Position numbers and translations under genes: made by a program
The notes under the pieces: generated by a model
The model's database searches: none
What the model was told of the DNA's origin: nothing
What the model saw: only the letters and a program-made list of their open reading frames with translations
Origin: Desulfobacterales bacterium
Lineage (GTDB): Bacteria; Desulfobacterota; Desulfobacteria; Desulfobacterales; UBA5852
Direction: 5' to 3'
NCBI GenBank assembly: GCA_963674755.2
Contig: CAXXVS010000003.1
Span: forward strand, 736,001-800,000
DNA length: 64,000 bases
Shown: positions 47,381-56,372 of the stretch, in pieces
Numbering within the stretch: position 1 is the first letter of the stretch
How the letters are laid out: each line of letters starts with the position of its first letter

Positions 47381-47422
47381 CGCCTTGATTCCCAACGAAA
47401 ATCCTCATTTTGAGATGGCTTC
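47381..47422 (+). repeat. 3' arm of a family B palindromic element
   Basis: cgccttgatt...aaaatcc...ttttgagatggcttc matches the 3' end of the 16576 copy. Confidence 0.6.
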
Positions 47423-48209
47423 ATGGGCCCGGAAAAATCTCGTTGAAAAATAAGGTCATGGCCTGCCAGGAGCGGCGATCCGAATCGGGGTTGTAGGCCA
47501 GGGCATCCATCCCGAACTTGGCGGCATCGGGGTTGGTGAAGCCGTGGCGCGTGTTGCCGTAGACGATCAACTGCCAGTCGATGGACGTTTCATTCAATGC
47601 CTGGACGTAGTCCGTGATGGCTTCCGGTTTGTTGAAGGGATCCAGGGCCCCGTGGCAGATCAGCATCTTGGCCCTGGTGCGCTGCCCCTCTTCGGGCGTG
47701 GGCGGGATGAGGGAGCCGTGGAAACTGACCACGCCTTGCAGGTCGGCACCGCTGTAAGCCAATACCTGCACGGTGGCCCCGCCGAAGCAGTAGCCGATGG
47801 CCGCCAGGTGTGCGGTATCCACCTGGGGCTGTTTTTTAAGGACCTCCAGCCCCGCCAGGGCGCGTTTCAGCCACAGGTCCCGATTGCTGTTGACCGCCTT
47901 CATCCAGGCGCCGGCCTGGTCGGGATGTGCCGTCTCCCGCCCCTTGCCGTACATGTCGAGCGCAAAGGCCACGTAGCCCATGCCCGCCAGCTCCGCGGCC
48001 CGGCCGCGGACATAATCGTTCAAGCCCCACCATTCGTGCACCACCAGCACCCCGGGCCGCTTGCCGGCCAGGGCATCGTCGTAGGCCAGATACCCCTCCA
48101 GTTGAACGCCGTCCTGGGTGTAGGCCACCGGCCGGGTGACCAGCTTGGCCTGGACCGTACCGGCCGTCAGCAAAACAAGGACCACTGCCATAAGATAGCG
48201 TGTATTCAT
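47421..48209 (-). CDS. Dienelactone hydrolase family protein (secreted)
   Basis: VVHEWWGLN, GYCFGG nucleophile elbow, HGALD, HGFTNP; signal peptide. Confidence 0.92.
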   Translation of the reverse strand: MNTRYLMAVVLVLLTAGTVQAKLVTRPVAYTQDGVQLEGYLAYDDALAGKRPGVLVVHEWWGLNDYVRGRAAELAGMGYVAFALDMYGKGRETAHPDQAGAWMKAVNSNRDLWLKRALAGLEVLKKQPQVDTAHLAAIGYCFGGATVQVLAYSGADLQGVVSFHGSLIPPTPEEGQRTRAKMLICHGALDPFNKPEAITDYVQALNETSIDWQLIVYGNTRHGFTNPDAAKFGMDALAYNPDSDRRSWQAMTLFFNEIFPGP

Positions 48210-48628
48210 AAGGTCTCCTTTCACCAAAGCCCCTGCGGGTGAAGGCATCCCCGGCCTAAATGCGTGCGGGGTTACCTGCCGCAGACGCCCTGGAAGTCAA
48301 TCGTCGCTCAGGGGCGTGCCGCCATCGGATGCAGGGGCGGCCGCCATCACAAGGCCTTCAAATGGTTTCCAAACCATTTGTCGTACAGTAGAGCCGATTT
48401 CGGGGATCTCAAGCCGACGGCGGTGGCAATTAGGGTGCGTGAGGGGGCCGGACCAAACCCGCATGTTGTAAATATAGCGAAAGCGCTATAAGGTTTTTCG
48501 CTGAGGCGCCTCCAGGACCGCCCTTTTAAGTGCTAAAATGCGTCGATAGGATCATCGCGAACCAATACGATGGCCGCTATGCGGCAATGCGTGATAATTG
48601 CGAGCGATAGGGAGGGGTGGCTTAGATC

Positions 48629-49063
48629 ATGGTACAGCATCTTTTCCTCAGCTTTCTGGCCCTGGTCGCCGGCACCCGTTTCGTGATTCAGCAGGCGGTC
48701 AATTCCAATCTGTGCCATGAGCTGGGCTCGGCCAGGTGGGCCGGGTTCGTCAGCTACCTGGGCGGCACGATCGTCATGCTGGTCATGGTCCTGGCGATGC
48801 GCGTCCCGCTGCTGTCCTTCCAGGTGATCGCACGCAGCTCCTGGTGGTCGTGGTGGGGCGGCCTGTTCGGCGCGGTCTGCATCGTCATTTCAATCCTGCT
48901 CCTGCCGCGGCCGGGGGCCTTCACGGTCGTGGCCCTGATCGTCATCGGGCAGCTCGTGACCCCCCTCGTCTTCGACCACTTCGGCATCCTGAACGTGCCG
49001 CACTGCCCGATTACCGTATTCGTAAACAGTCAACGAAAGGACCAAAAATGGTGTTTGATTTAA
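48629..49063 (+). CDS. DMT-family (YdcZ/DUF606-like) transporter, last helix apparently lost
   Basis: QQAVNSNL, WWSWWGGLFGA, GQLV..LVFDHFG; ends in a polar tail instead of the final TM helix. Confidence 0.7.
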   Translation: MVQHLFLSFLALVAGTRFVIQQAVNSNLCHELGSARWAGFVSYLGGTIVMLVMVLAMRVPLLSFQVIARSSWWSWWGGLFGAVCIVISILLLPRPGAFTVVALIVIGQLVTPLVFDHFGILNVPHCPITVFVNSQRKDQKWCLI

Positions 49064-49106
49064 GGCCAGATTGGGGTGAGGGAATTAAAGAGGAGGTGAG
49101 GGCTAA

Positions 49107-49709
49107 ATGGGTGTGTCAATAAATCCATCTTTGCAAGCGCTTTTGCGTGAACTCGAAGCGTTCGGGCAACAAAACGATCAGACCATTTCCGATCGTCCCC
49201 GGCGCATGCTGAACATCACGCGCGATACAGGGGAATTTTTGTCCGTGATCATCCTGGCCATGGATGCCCGGCGAATCCTTGAGATCGGCACCTCGAACGG
49301 TTATTCAACCCTTTGGCTCGCTTCCGCCGCGCGAGCCATCGACGGGCATGTCACCACGATTGAACTGTCCGAATTCAAGATCGCCCTGGCCACCCGGAAT
49401 TTCGAACGTTCGGGATTGGCCGGAACCATCCGCCAGGTGCGGGGTAGTGCGACGGACTTTCTGCAGTCTGCAAATGACGGCAGTTTCGATCTGATTTTTC
49501 TTGATTCCGAGCGTGGCGAATATCCGGGCTGGTGGCCGGACATCAGGCGTACTCTCCGACCGTCCGGGCTGCTTGTGGTGGACAATGCGCTATCGCATGC
49601 CGATGAAATGATGCCGTTTATGGCCCTGGCATGCGCCGATCCGGAATTTGCCACTTGCACCGTGCCGATCGGCAATGGTGAATTTCTGGCGACCCGGACG
49701 GTCCGGTAG
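49107..49709 (+). CDS. O-methyltransferase (COMT/caffeoyl-CoA family)
   Basis: ILEIGTSNGYSTLW, FDLIFLDS, GLLVVDNA; GAGGAGG RBS. Confidence 0.9.
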   Translation: MGVSINPSLQALLRELEAFGQQNDQTISDRPRRMLNITRDTGEFLSVIILAMDARRILEIGTSNGYSTLWLASAARAIDGHVTTIELSEFKIALATRNFERSGLAGTIRQVRGSATDFLQSANDGSFDLIFLDSERGEYPGWWPDIRRTLRPSGLLVVDNALSHADEMMPFMALACADPEFATCTVPIGNGEFLATRTVR

Positions 49710-49873
49710 ATATCGCTTGCAAGCGCCGATTAAAGGCGCGACGCGGCAGGGCCAGGCAGGAAGGCCTTATGGGGTCGGTCCTCAACATAGATTCGAAAAA
49801 AATAGACCGCTTTGCTTTAAACTGTAACAGGTGGGGTGGCCTCGATGCAGGAGGAGGTTCCGATGGTGCGGCC

Positions 49874-51136
49874 ATGAAGAAATATTGCCTTCTATCATTA
49901 GCCGTCTGCGCGCTCCTGATGAGCAGGCCGGCAGGCGCCTGCACCGGTTTGGTAGTGCAGGACGGCGAGCGGGTGCTGGTGGGCAACAACGAGGACTGGT
50001 TCAATCCACGCGCCAAGATCTGGTTCATTCTGCCGGCGCATGACCGCTATGGCAGCGTCTTTTTCGGGTTCGACAATTTCTGGCCCCAGGGCGGCATGAA
50101 TCAGAAGGGATTGTTTTTCGATGCCTTCGCCCTGAAACCGAAAACGGTCGAAAATCCTGAGGCCAAGCCGCGTTACAAGGGCAACTTGATCAAGGAGGTC
50201 ATGGCAACCTGTGGGACGGTAAAGGAAGCTTTGGCACTGATCGACCGGTACAGTCTGGATTTCATGAATCATTTCCAGTTGTTCATTGCCGATGCCACCG
50301 GCGATGCGGCTATTGTCGAAGGCAACGCGGTCGTCCGCAAACAAGGTGCCTACCAGGTGGTCACCAACTTCCGGCAATCGGAAACCGGGCCCGGTGAGAT
50401 TTCATGCCCGCGCTATCGGATCGCCAATGATATGCTGCAAAATTGCAGGACCGATAAGATGGGCTGCGTACGCAACATCCTGGCCGCCACCCACCAGGAA
50501 GAGAAGGCCGTGACCCTTTATTCCAACATCTACGACCTGAAGGCCCGGCGGGTCCATGTCTACTACTTCCACAATTTTCAGGACGAGGTGGTCATCGACC
50601 TCGAAGCGACCTTGGCCGGCCAACCCGAGGTGATCGACCTGCCGACGTTGTTCCCGCCCAACCGCGCGGCGCAGGCCTTTATGGACCGCTTCACCCGTTT
50701 GAAAAAGACCTATTTCCACGAGGAGACGCCGCGATTCACGGTGCGCTATCCTGCCGTGTACGAAGCCGATCAGCCCCTGGACGACAGCCAGGTGTTTCTG
50801 GCCTGGTGCCGCTACGGCCGGCTGCCGGCGCTCACCGTGGACGTGACGCCTGCCGAGGCGGATAGGCCCCTTTCCAGGGTGGGGAGTGAGGTCTATGCCC
50901 CGCGGCTGCGCAAGTTTGGCAAGAAGGTGAGGATTCTCTCCAATCGTCCGGTCAGACTGGCGGACGGTTCGGAGGCTTACGAAACCCGGATTACCTGGCG
51001 GTTTAAGGGGCGCATTTCCCTGCACACCATCGTTCTTTCGGCCGAACGGGAGAACAAGCTGGTCAACGCCGCCCTGCATCATACGGGCGAGTTGGATTAC
51101 CTGCAGCACATCCCGTACAGCCTGCGGTTCGAATAG
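49874..51136 (+). CDS. Secreted Ntn-hydrolase (choloylglycine hydrolase / C45-like) with a C-terminal extension
   Basis: Signal peptide AGA-CT exposing Cys, GNNED, GGMNQKGL, VTNF, TLYSNIYDL. Confidence 0.82.
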   Translation: MKKYCLLSLAVCALLMSRPAGACTGLVVQDGERVLVGNNEDWFNPRAKIWFILPAHDRYGSVFFGFDNFWPQGGMNQKGLFFDAFALKPKTVENPEAKPRYKGNLIKEVMATCGTVKEALALIDRYSLDFMNHFQLFIADATGDAAIVEGNAVVRKQGAYQVVTNFRQSETGPGEISCPRYRIANDMLQNCRTDKMGCVRNILAATHQEEKAVTLYSNIYDLKARRVHVYYFHNFQDEVVIDLEATLAGQPEVIDLPTLFPPNRAAQAFMDRFTRLKKTYFHEETPRFTVRYPAVYEADQPLDDSQVFLAWCRYGRLPALTVDVTPAEADRPLSRVGSEVYAPRLRKFGKKVRILSNRPVRLADGSEAYETRITWRFKGRISLHTIVLSAERENKLVNAALHHTGELDYLQHIPYSLRFE

Positions 51137-51258
51137 GGGCCGACCGGCAGCGTAGGGTTTCAGGGAAGGTCCGCGAGACGGGAAGGCCGGGTGGCCTCTC
51201 CATGACGAAACCGTACGCTCGATATCCCCAACCATCATTAGGACGAAAAGGCATTGCA

Positions 51259-51921
51259 ATGAAAAATGAAAACGATCGGAATTTATCCCTAGCCATGCTG
51301 CATGGCGCGGTGAACGCAAGCCCTGCAACCGGCGAAGGGCGGTCAAATGAAGCCGCCGGAAGCAAGGGGAACAGCGTCAAACGAATTTTGGCCTTGTTCT
51401 GCTGTCTGGTGGCAGGCATCGGTGCCGTTTCCTGCACGAGCTTCAAGTCCAGAGATTATGCCGGTGAGAAGATCGCCCTCACGAAAGAGGATATCAGCCC
51501 TGAAACCGTCTGGCAGATCGGCGACGACGTGTATTTCGTGCGGCTGGTGGAGGGGGGTACGCTTGTGGCCGCCACCATTAACTGGGAAGAAAAAAAGGGC
51601 GCTTATGCGATGCGGACCTGTCAGCTCGTCCCGTCCAAGATCGGCGGCGACCACTTCCTGAATGTGAAGGAGGGGGAATATTATACGATATTACGAATGG
51701 TGGGCGCCGGGACGGATGCGGTGGTCCTTTTCACAGTGGACAAGGACAAGCTTGAGAAGGACATGGCCGACGGTCTGCTGCAAGCCTCCCAAGAAGATGG
51801 AAATATTATTATGGACGGCCCCAAGGAAGCGTTGGACCGCTATATCGCAAGCCATATCGCCACCCTGTTCTCTTTAGAAGCCGCCGGGGTGGCAAGATTG
51901 ATCTCGGGCCAATTGAAATGA
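51259..51921 (+). CDS. Putative lipoprotein
   Basis: KRILALFCCLVAGIGAVSC lipobox-like segment; start uncertain. Confidence 0.62.
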   Translation: MKNENDRNLSLAMLHGAVNASPATGEGRSNEAAGSKGNSVKRILALFCCLVAGIGAVSCTSFKSRDYAGEKIALTKEDISPETVWQIGDDVYFVRLVEGGTLVAATINWEEKKGAYAMRTCQLVPSKIGGDHFLNVKEGEYYTILRMVGAGTDAVVLFTVDKDKLEKDMADGLLQASQEDGNIIMDGPKEALDRYIASHIATLFSLEAAGVARLISGQLK

Positions 51922-51960
51922 TTTTGGCAAAGAAGAGCAAAAAGGGGTCAGGTCTCAAAT

Positions 51961-52110
51961 TTGACGGTTTCGTAAAGAGTCCGATATCGGCGTTTCACGG
52001 CCTACGGCCCCCGCGCTTGCGGTATCTCGCGTCACGGCGGCGTGCGTTCCGTAATTCTCATTTCACGAGATTCGCAAGCGTTGATCTCGAATTTTCTACG
52101 AAACCATCAA
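51961..52110. repeat. Palindromic MITE/REP-like element
   Basis: Inverted ends ttgacggtttcgta / tacgaaaccatcaa; internal atcggcgtt...cgttgat core like family B/C. Confidence 0.7.
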
Positions 52111-52246
52111 CATTCAGCAGAACAAATTTTCACGCGCCATCTGTAGAGATTAAAGTTTTGACAAACCCGCTGATATTGTTATAACAATACTATTCCACTT
52201 CCAGCGCTAATCCATCAGACTTGCCCGCATTCTGATCTGGTTCGAA

Positions 52247-52366
52247 AAATGTCCTAGAACATTTGGGATGATCGGATCCACTTCTTGTGATGGGCTCGGC
52301 AAGCGCCTAAGCTACGATGTAGGCCAACCTGCCAAAGCCCGGACCACCAAGCTTAGATCCACCCAT
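52247..52366 (+). repeat. About 120-bp imperfect direct repeat, copy 1
   Basis: aaatgtcc..acatttgggatgatcg...cggcaagcgc...gctacg.tgtaggc.aacc.gc.aaagcccggacc...gcttag. Confidence 0.8.
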
Positions 52367-52631
52367 TATCCATTCCGCCATCATTTCATCGGCGATAGAG
52401 GGAGATTCGATCGGAAGATCGGCCCGGAGATGGCCGCCGAGTATAAGAACACTGGATTGCTGCTGGTCGCGTCGCTAATCGACGAAAAAAACGGGATCTG
52501 CGGTTCGAAAAGGGCCCTAATGGACTGGGGTTCAAACGCTGATACGTTTTCCGGCCGATGGATCAAAGCCGTCGATGAAATCGTTCAAACGGCTGAAGCG
52601 CTGGTATCCTGACCACGAACCATCAATAACC

Positions 52632-53198
52632 ATGGATGACCGCATGATAACCGAAGATTTATATCAGAATTACCTGAAAGATCTTCTCGATGGTCGACGA
52701 TCGCAGTGTCTGCAAACGGTGGGGGAACTGATTGACAATGACATCGACGTGAAACGGCTCTATGTCGACCTGTTCCAGCGAAGTATGTACCACGTCGGTG
52801 AACTGTGGGAAAACAATCGAATCAGCGGTTTCCCCCATAGCTATATTTTTTCATTTCACCCCATGGACAGTGAAATTCTGGTATTGGGCCACCTCGACAC
52901 AAAGGATGTCGAAAAGATGCAGGTCGACATCATGCTGCTCAACCAGGATCTGGGCAACCTTAACCGCGAACTGCACAAGAAAAACGCCCAGCTTCAGGAC
53001 GCCCTGGATCATGTTAAAACGCTGCAGGGCATCATTCCCATCTGCATGCATTGCCATAAAATAAGAGACGAACGGCAGATATGGGACCGACTCGAAGCCT
53101 ATCTTTCCGAGCACACAAGCGCTGAACTCAGTCATAGTATTTGCCCGGATTGTATGGAAAAGTACTATCCCGAAGAGGATGACGATGAAGCAGAATAA
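52632..53198 (+). CDS. Chimeric protein: B12-binding cap domain N-terminus fused to a coiled coil and a Cys/His-rich tail
   Basis: YLKDLLDGRR...LYVDLFQRSMYHVGELWENNRIS then LQGIIPICMHCHKIRD...W..LEAYLSEH...LSHSICPDC. Confidence 0.65.
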   Translation: MDDRMITEDLYQNYLKDLLDGRRSQCLQTVGELIDNDIDVKRLYVDLFQRSMYHVGELWENNRISGFPHSYIFSFHPMDSEILVLGHLDTKDVEKMQVDIMLLNQDLGNLNRELHKKNAQLQDALDHVKTLQGIIPICMHCHKIRDERQIWDRLEAYLSEHTSAELSHSICPDCMEKYYPEEDDDEAE

Positions 53199-53272
53199 GG
53201 TGTCCTTCTGTATGCGCCGGATGGTAATAGGCTTGGTATCATCGGGGTTTGATCTTCTATATCCGGCTCAAT

Positions 53273-53393
53273 AAATGTCCTGGGACATTTGGGATGATCG
53301 AATACAATTCTTGAAATGGGGGGCGGCAAGCGCATGCGCTACGGTGTAGGCGAACCAGCAAAAGCCCGGACCGTCACGCTTAGCGCCATCCAT
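53273..53393 (+). repeat. About 120-bp imperfect direct repeat, copy 2
   Basis: Aligns with 52247-52366; lies directly upstream of the CheB/CheR gene. Confidence 0.8.
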
Positions 53394-53427
53394 GGGATTT
53401 TTCATCTATTCAGAGAAAGCAGCGAAT

Positions 53428-56361
53428 ATGCCGATACATGGGAAACAGGTGCCACCTGACGATGGGAATCTTTTGAAGGATGTCAAGCAAGGGAAAAAAC
53501 CAACAGAGGGCATCCGCTTTCCCATCGTTGGTATCGGCGCCTCCGCCGGTGGACTGGAAACCCTCAATGTTTTCTTTTCCATCATGCCACCCGACAGCGG
53601 CATGGCGTTTGTCGTCATCCAGCATCTGAGTCCGAAGCATAAAAGCATTATGGCATCGCTCGTGGACAAACATACGCAGATGAGCGTTGTGCAGATAGAA
53701 GACGGCGTCCGGGTTGAACCCAACCATGTCTATCTGAATCCGCCGGCCATGAACGTGGCCGTTTCCGACCGCCGCCTGCAACTGATGGAACCGGTAAAAA
53801 CCGGCTCGATCAACATGCCCATCGATTTCTTTTTCAGATCGCTTTCGGAAGACCAGCATGAAAACGCCATCGGCATCATTTTATCGGGCACGGCGTCCGA
53901 CGGAACCCTGGGGGTCAGGGCGATCAAAGGGAACAGCGGCATGGTCATGGTCCAGGAGCCGGAGAGCGCCAAATATGACGGCATGCCTAAAAGCGCCATT
54001 GAAACCGGACATGTCGATTTCATTCTTCCCGTGGAGAAGATGCCGGAAGCGTTAAGCCATTATGCCAGGCACCCTTTCCTCGAGTCCCTGGATAAACTCA
54101 AACTCAAAGATCCTCCGGTCAAAAACCAGATCCAGAAGATTTTCGCGTTGATTCGCAGCAAAACGGGCCACGATTTTTCCCATTACAAACCCAGCACCAT
54201 TGCCCGGCGGATCGAACGCCGCCTGGCGGTTCAACAGATCAAAGCACTGCCTGATTACATTCTTTATCTCCAGAAAAATCCAGCGGAGATAGACGTGCTT
54301 TTTAAGAATCTGGTTATCGGGGTAACCAGATTCTTCAGGGATCCGCAAGCCTATGACGTGCTGATGCAACAGGTGCTGCCGACGTTGTTGGATCGGAAAG
54401 CGCCTGATACGAACATCCGTTTCTGGGTGGCGGGCTGCTCGACCGGCGAGGAAGCCTATTCACTGGGCATATGCTTATCCGAAGCGATGGATAAGGCCGC
54501 AAAGCAATTCAATGTCCAAATCTTTGCCACGGATATCGATGCGACCGCCCTGGATATTGCCCGCAAAGGGGTCTATCCGGACAGTATCGGTGTGGATGTT
54601 TCCCCGGGGCGCTTAAACCGGTTTTTCATAAAAGAAACTGGTTTTTTCAAGGTTAAAAAACAATTGCGCGACATGGTCGTCTTTTCACCGCACAACATCA
54701 TCAAAGATCCACCCTTTTCCCGCCTGGACCTGGTCAGTTGCCGAAACCTGATGATTTATATGGACAGTGTCCTGCAAAAAAAGATCCTGCCCCTGTTTCA
54801 TTATACGTTAAAACCCGGAGGCATTTTGTTTCTGGGCACATCCGAAAGCGTTGGTGAGTACACGGACCTTTTTAAGCCCATTGATTCCAAGTGGAAGGTC
54901 TTTGCACGCCAAAAAGGCCGGGCGGACACAGTCCCTGCCAAGTATGCCCCAATCGATTATCCCGTCCGGTGCAAAAGTGAACCTGAGATTAAAAAAGGTC
55001 TGGTGCCAACCAACACCATCCAGGCTCTGGCTGAAAGGGCCATCCTCGATCAATACTCACCCGCTGGCGTGCTGATCAATGAGCAGCTCGATATTCTGCA
55101 TTTTGTGGGCCGGACAGACCGCTACCTGGCGCTGCCTCCGGGAAAACCAGCTTTTAATATCCTGAACATGGCCCGTCAGGAACTCAAACCGGCGCTGACC
55201 ACAACCCTTCACCAAGCGGTCCGGGAAAAAACAGACGGTTTCTGTAAAAACGTGCGCTTCAACTACAACGATGGGTATGGCATTGTCGATCTGTCGGTTA
55301 AACAGATCGGACCCGATTTAATGCTGGTGGTCTTCGAAGATAAAACACCGGAAAAGACGGGGAAAAAGAATAAGCCCGGAGCACTGAAAATCAAAGCGGC
55401 GGACGCTGACCGACAGCGTCTTGAACAGGAGCTGCAATCGACCCGGGAATATCTTCAGGCAACCATCGAGGAGCTGGAAACCTCCAATGAGGAGCTTAAA
55501 TCAGCCAACGAGGAGCTGCAATCGGTCAACGAAGAGCTGCAAAGCACCAACGAAGAGCTGGAGACATCCAAAGAAGAGCAGCAGTCCACCAATGAAGAGC
55601 TGGTCACGGTGAATGCGGAGCTTCAAAACCGAGTGGATGAATTTTCCAGAACCAATGATGACATGAACAATCTGCTGGCCTCAACGGAAATCGCCTCGCT
55701 ATTTCTGGATACGACCCTTTGCATCAAACGCTACACCCCTGCCACGGCCAAAATCATCAAGTTGATTCCAACGGATATCGGCAGGCCGCTCAACGACCTT
55801 AAAACCCGGTTTCCGGATGTGGATTTCGTCGACTTGGCCGGCAAGGTCCTCGAAGACCTCAATACCGTGGAGGTGCAAATCCTGTCTGAGGATCTGATCT
55901 GGCATGCCCTGAAGATCGTTCCGTACCGGACCGCCGGAAATGTCATCAATGGGGTGGTGATGACCTTTATAGATATCCACAGGATCAAACAAGCCGGCAA
56001 AATCAGACGTCTGGCGACGGTTTTGGAAGATGCCAATGATGCCGTCATGGTGCTGGATTTGAAAGGCCGGATTCTGGCCTGGAACAAGGGGGCCCGGCAA
56101 TTGTACGGCTGGACGGAATCCAAGGCCCTGCAAATGAATTTTATGGATTTGACGCCCAAGGACCGGCGCAGGGACTTTGAAGAAATTGTCGATAAGCTGG
56201 CCAAAGGTGAAATTGTAAAATCGTTCAAGACCCGGCGCAAGACCAAAGGCGGCGGCATATTGGACACCTGGCTGACCGCCAGCGCATTGACCGATGAAGA
56301 CGGCCGTTTGGTCGAGATAGCGATCACCGAGCGGGATCTGGCCTGGCTGGCCGATGAATAG
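53428..56361 (+). CDS. CheB methylesterase / CheR methyltransferase / PAS fusion protein
   Basis: GIGASAGG, QHL, SGTASDG (CheB triad); GVTRFFRD, GCSTGEEAYS, SCRNL (CheR); EELQS.NEEL coiled coil; PAS domains. Confidence 0.93.
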   Translation: MPIHGKQVPPDDGNLLKDVKQGKKPTEGIRFPIVGIGASAGGLETLNVFFSIMPPDSGMAFVVIQHLSPKHKSIMASLVDKHTQMSVVQIEDGVRVEPNHVYLNPPAMNVAVSDRRLQLMEPVKTGSINMPIDFFFRSLSEDQHENAIGIILSGTASDGTLGVRAIKGNSGMVMVQEPESAKYDGMPKSAIETGHVDFILPVEKMPEALSHYARHPFLESLDKLKLKDPPVKNQIQKIFALIRSKTGHDFSHYKPSTIARRIERRLAVQQIKALPDYILYLQKNPAEIDVLFKNLVIGVTRFFRDPQAYDVLMQQVLPTLLDRKAPDTNIRFWVAGCSTGEEAYSLGICLSEAMDKAAKQFNVQIFATDIDATALDIARKGVYPDSIGVDVSPGRLNRFFIKETGFFKVKKQLRDMVVFSPHNIIKDPPFSRLDLVSCRNLMIYMDSVLQKKILPLFHYTLKPGGILFLGTSESVGEYTDLFKPIDSKWKVFARQKGRADTVPAKYAPIDYPVRCKSEPEIKKGLVPTNTIQALAERAILDQYSPAGVLINEQLDILHFVGRTDRYLALPPGKPAFNILNMARQELKPALTTTLHQAVREKTDGFCKNVRFNYNDGYGIVDLSVKQIGPDLMLVVFEDKTPEKTGKKNKPGALKIKAADADRQRLEQELQSTREYLQATIEELETSNEELKSANEELQSVNEELQSTNEELETSKEEQQSTNEELVTVNAELQNRVDEFSRTNDDMNNLLASTEIASLFLDTTLCIKRYTPATAKIIKLIPTDIGRPLNDLKTRFPDVDFVDLAGKVLEDLNTVEVQILSEDLIWHALKIVPYRTAGNVINGVVMTFIDIHRIKQAGKIRRLATVLEDANDAVMVLDLKGRILAWNKGARQLYGWTESKALQMNFMDLTPKDRRRDFEEIVDKLAKGEIVKSFKTRRKTKGGGILDTWLTASALTDEDGRLVEIAITERDLAWLADE

Positions 56362-56372
56362 CGGGAGCGAAA

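Noticed and set aside
52268..52612. 114-aa ORF
   Set aside because: Its first third is the non-coding repeat and the rest has no convincing motif
52247..53393. c-di-GMP-I (GEMM) riboswitch call for the duplicated leader
   Set aside because: Only fragments resemble the consensus; the GAAA tetraloop stem and GCAAA junction are not arranged as required
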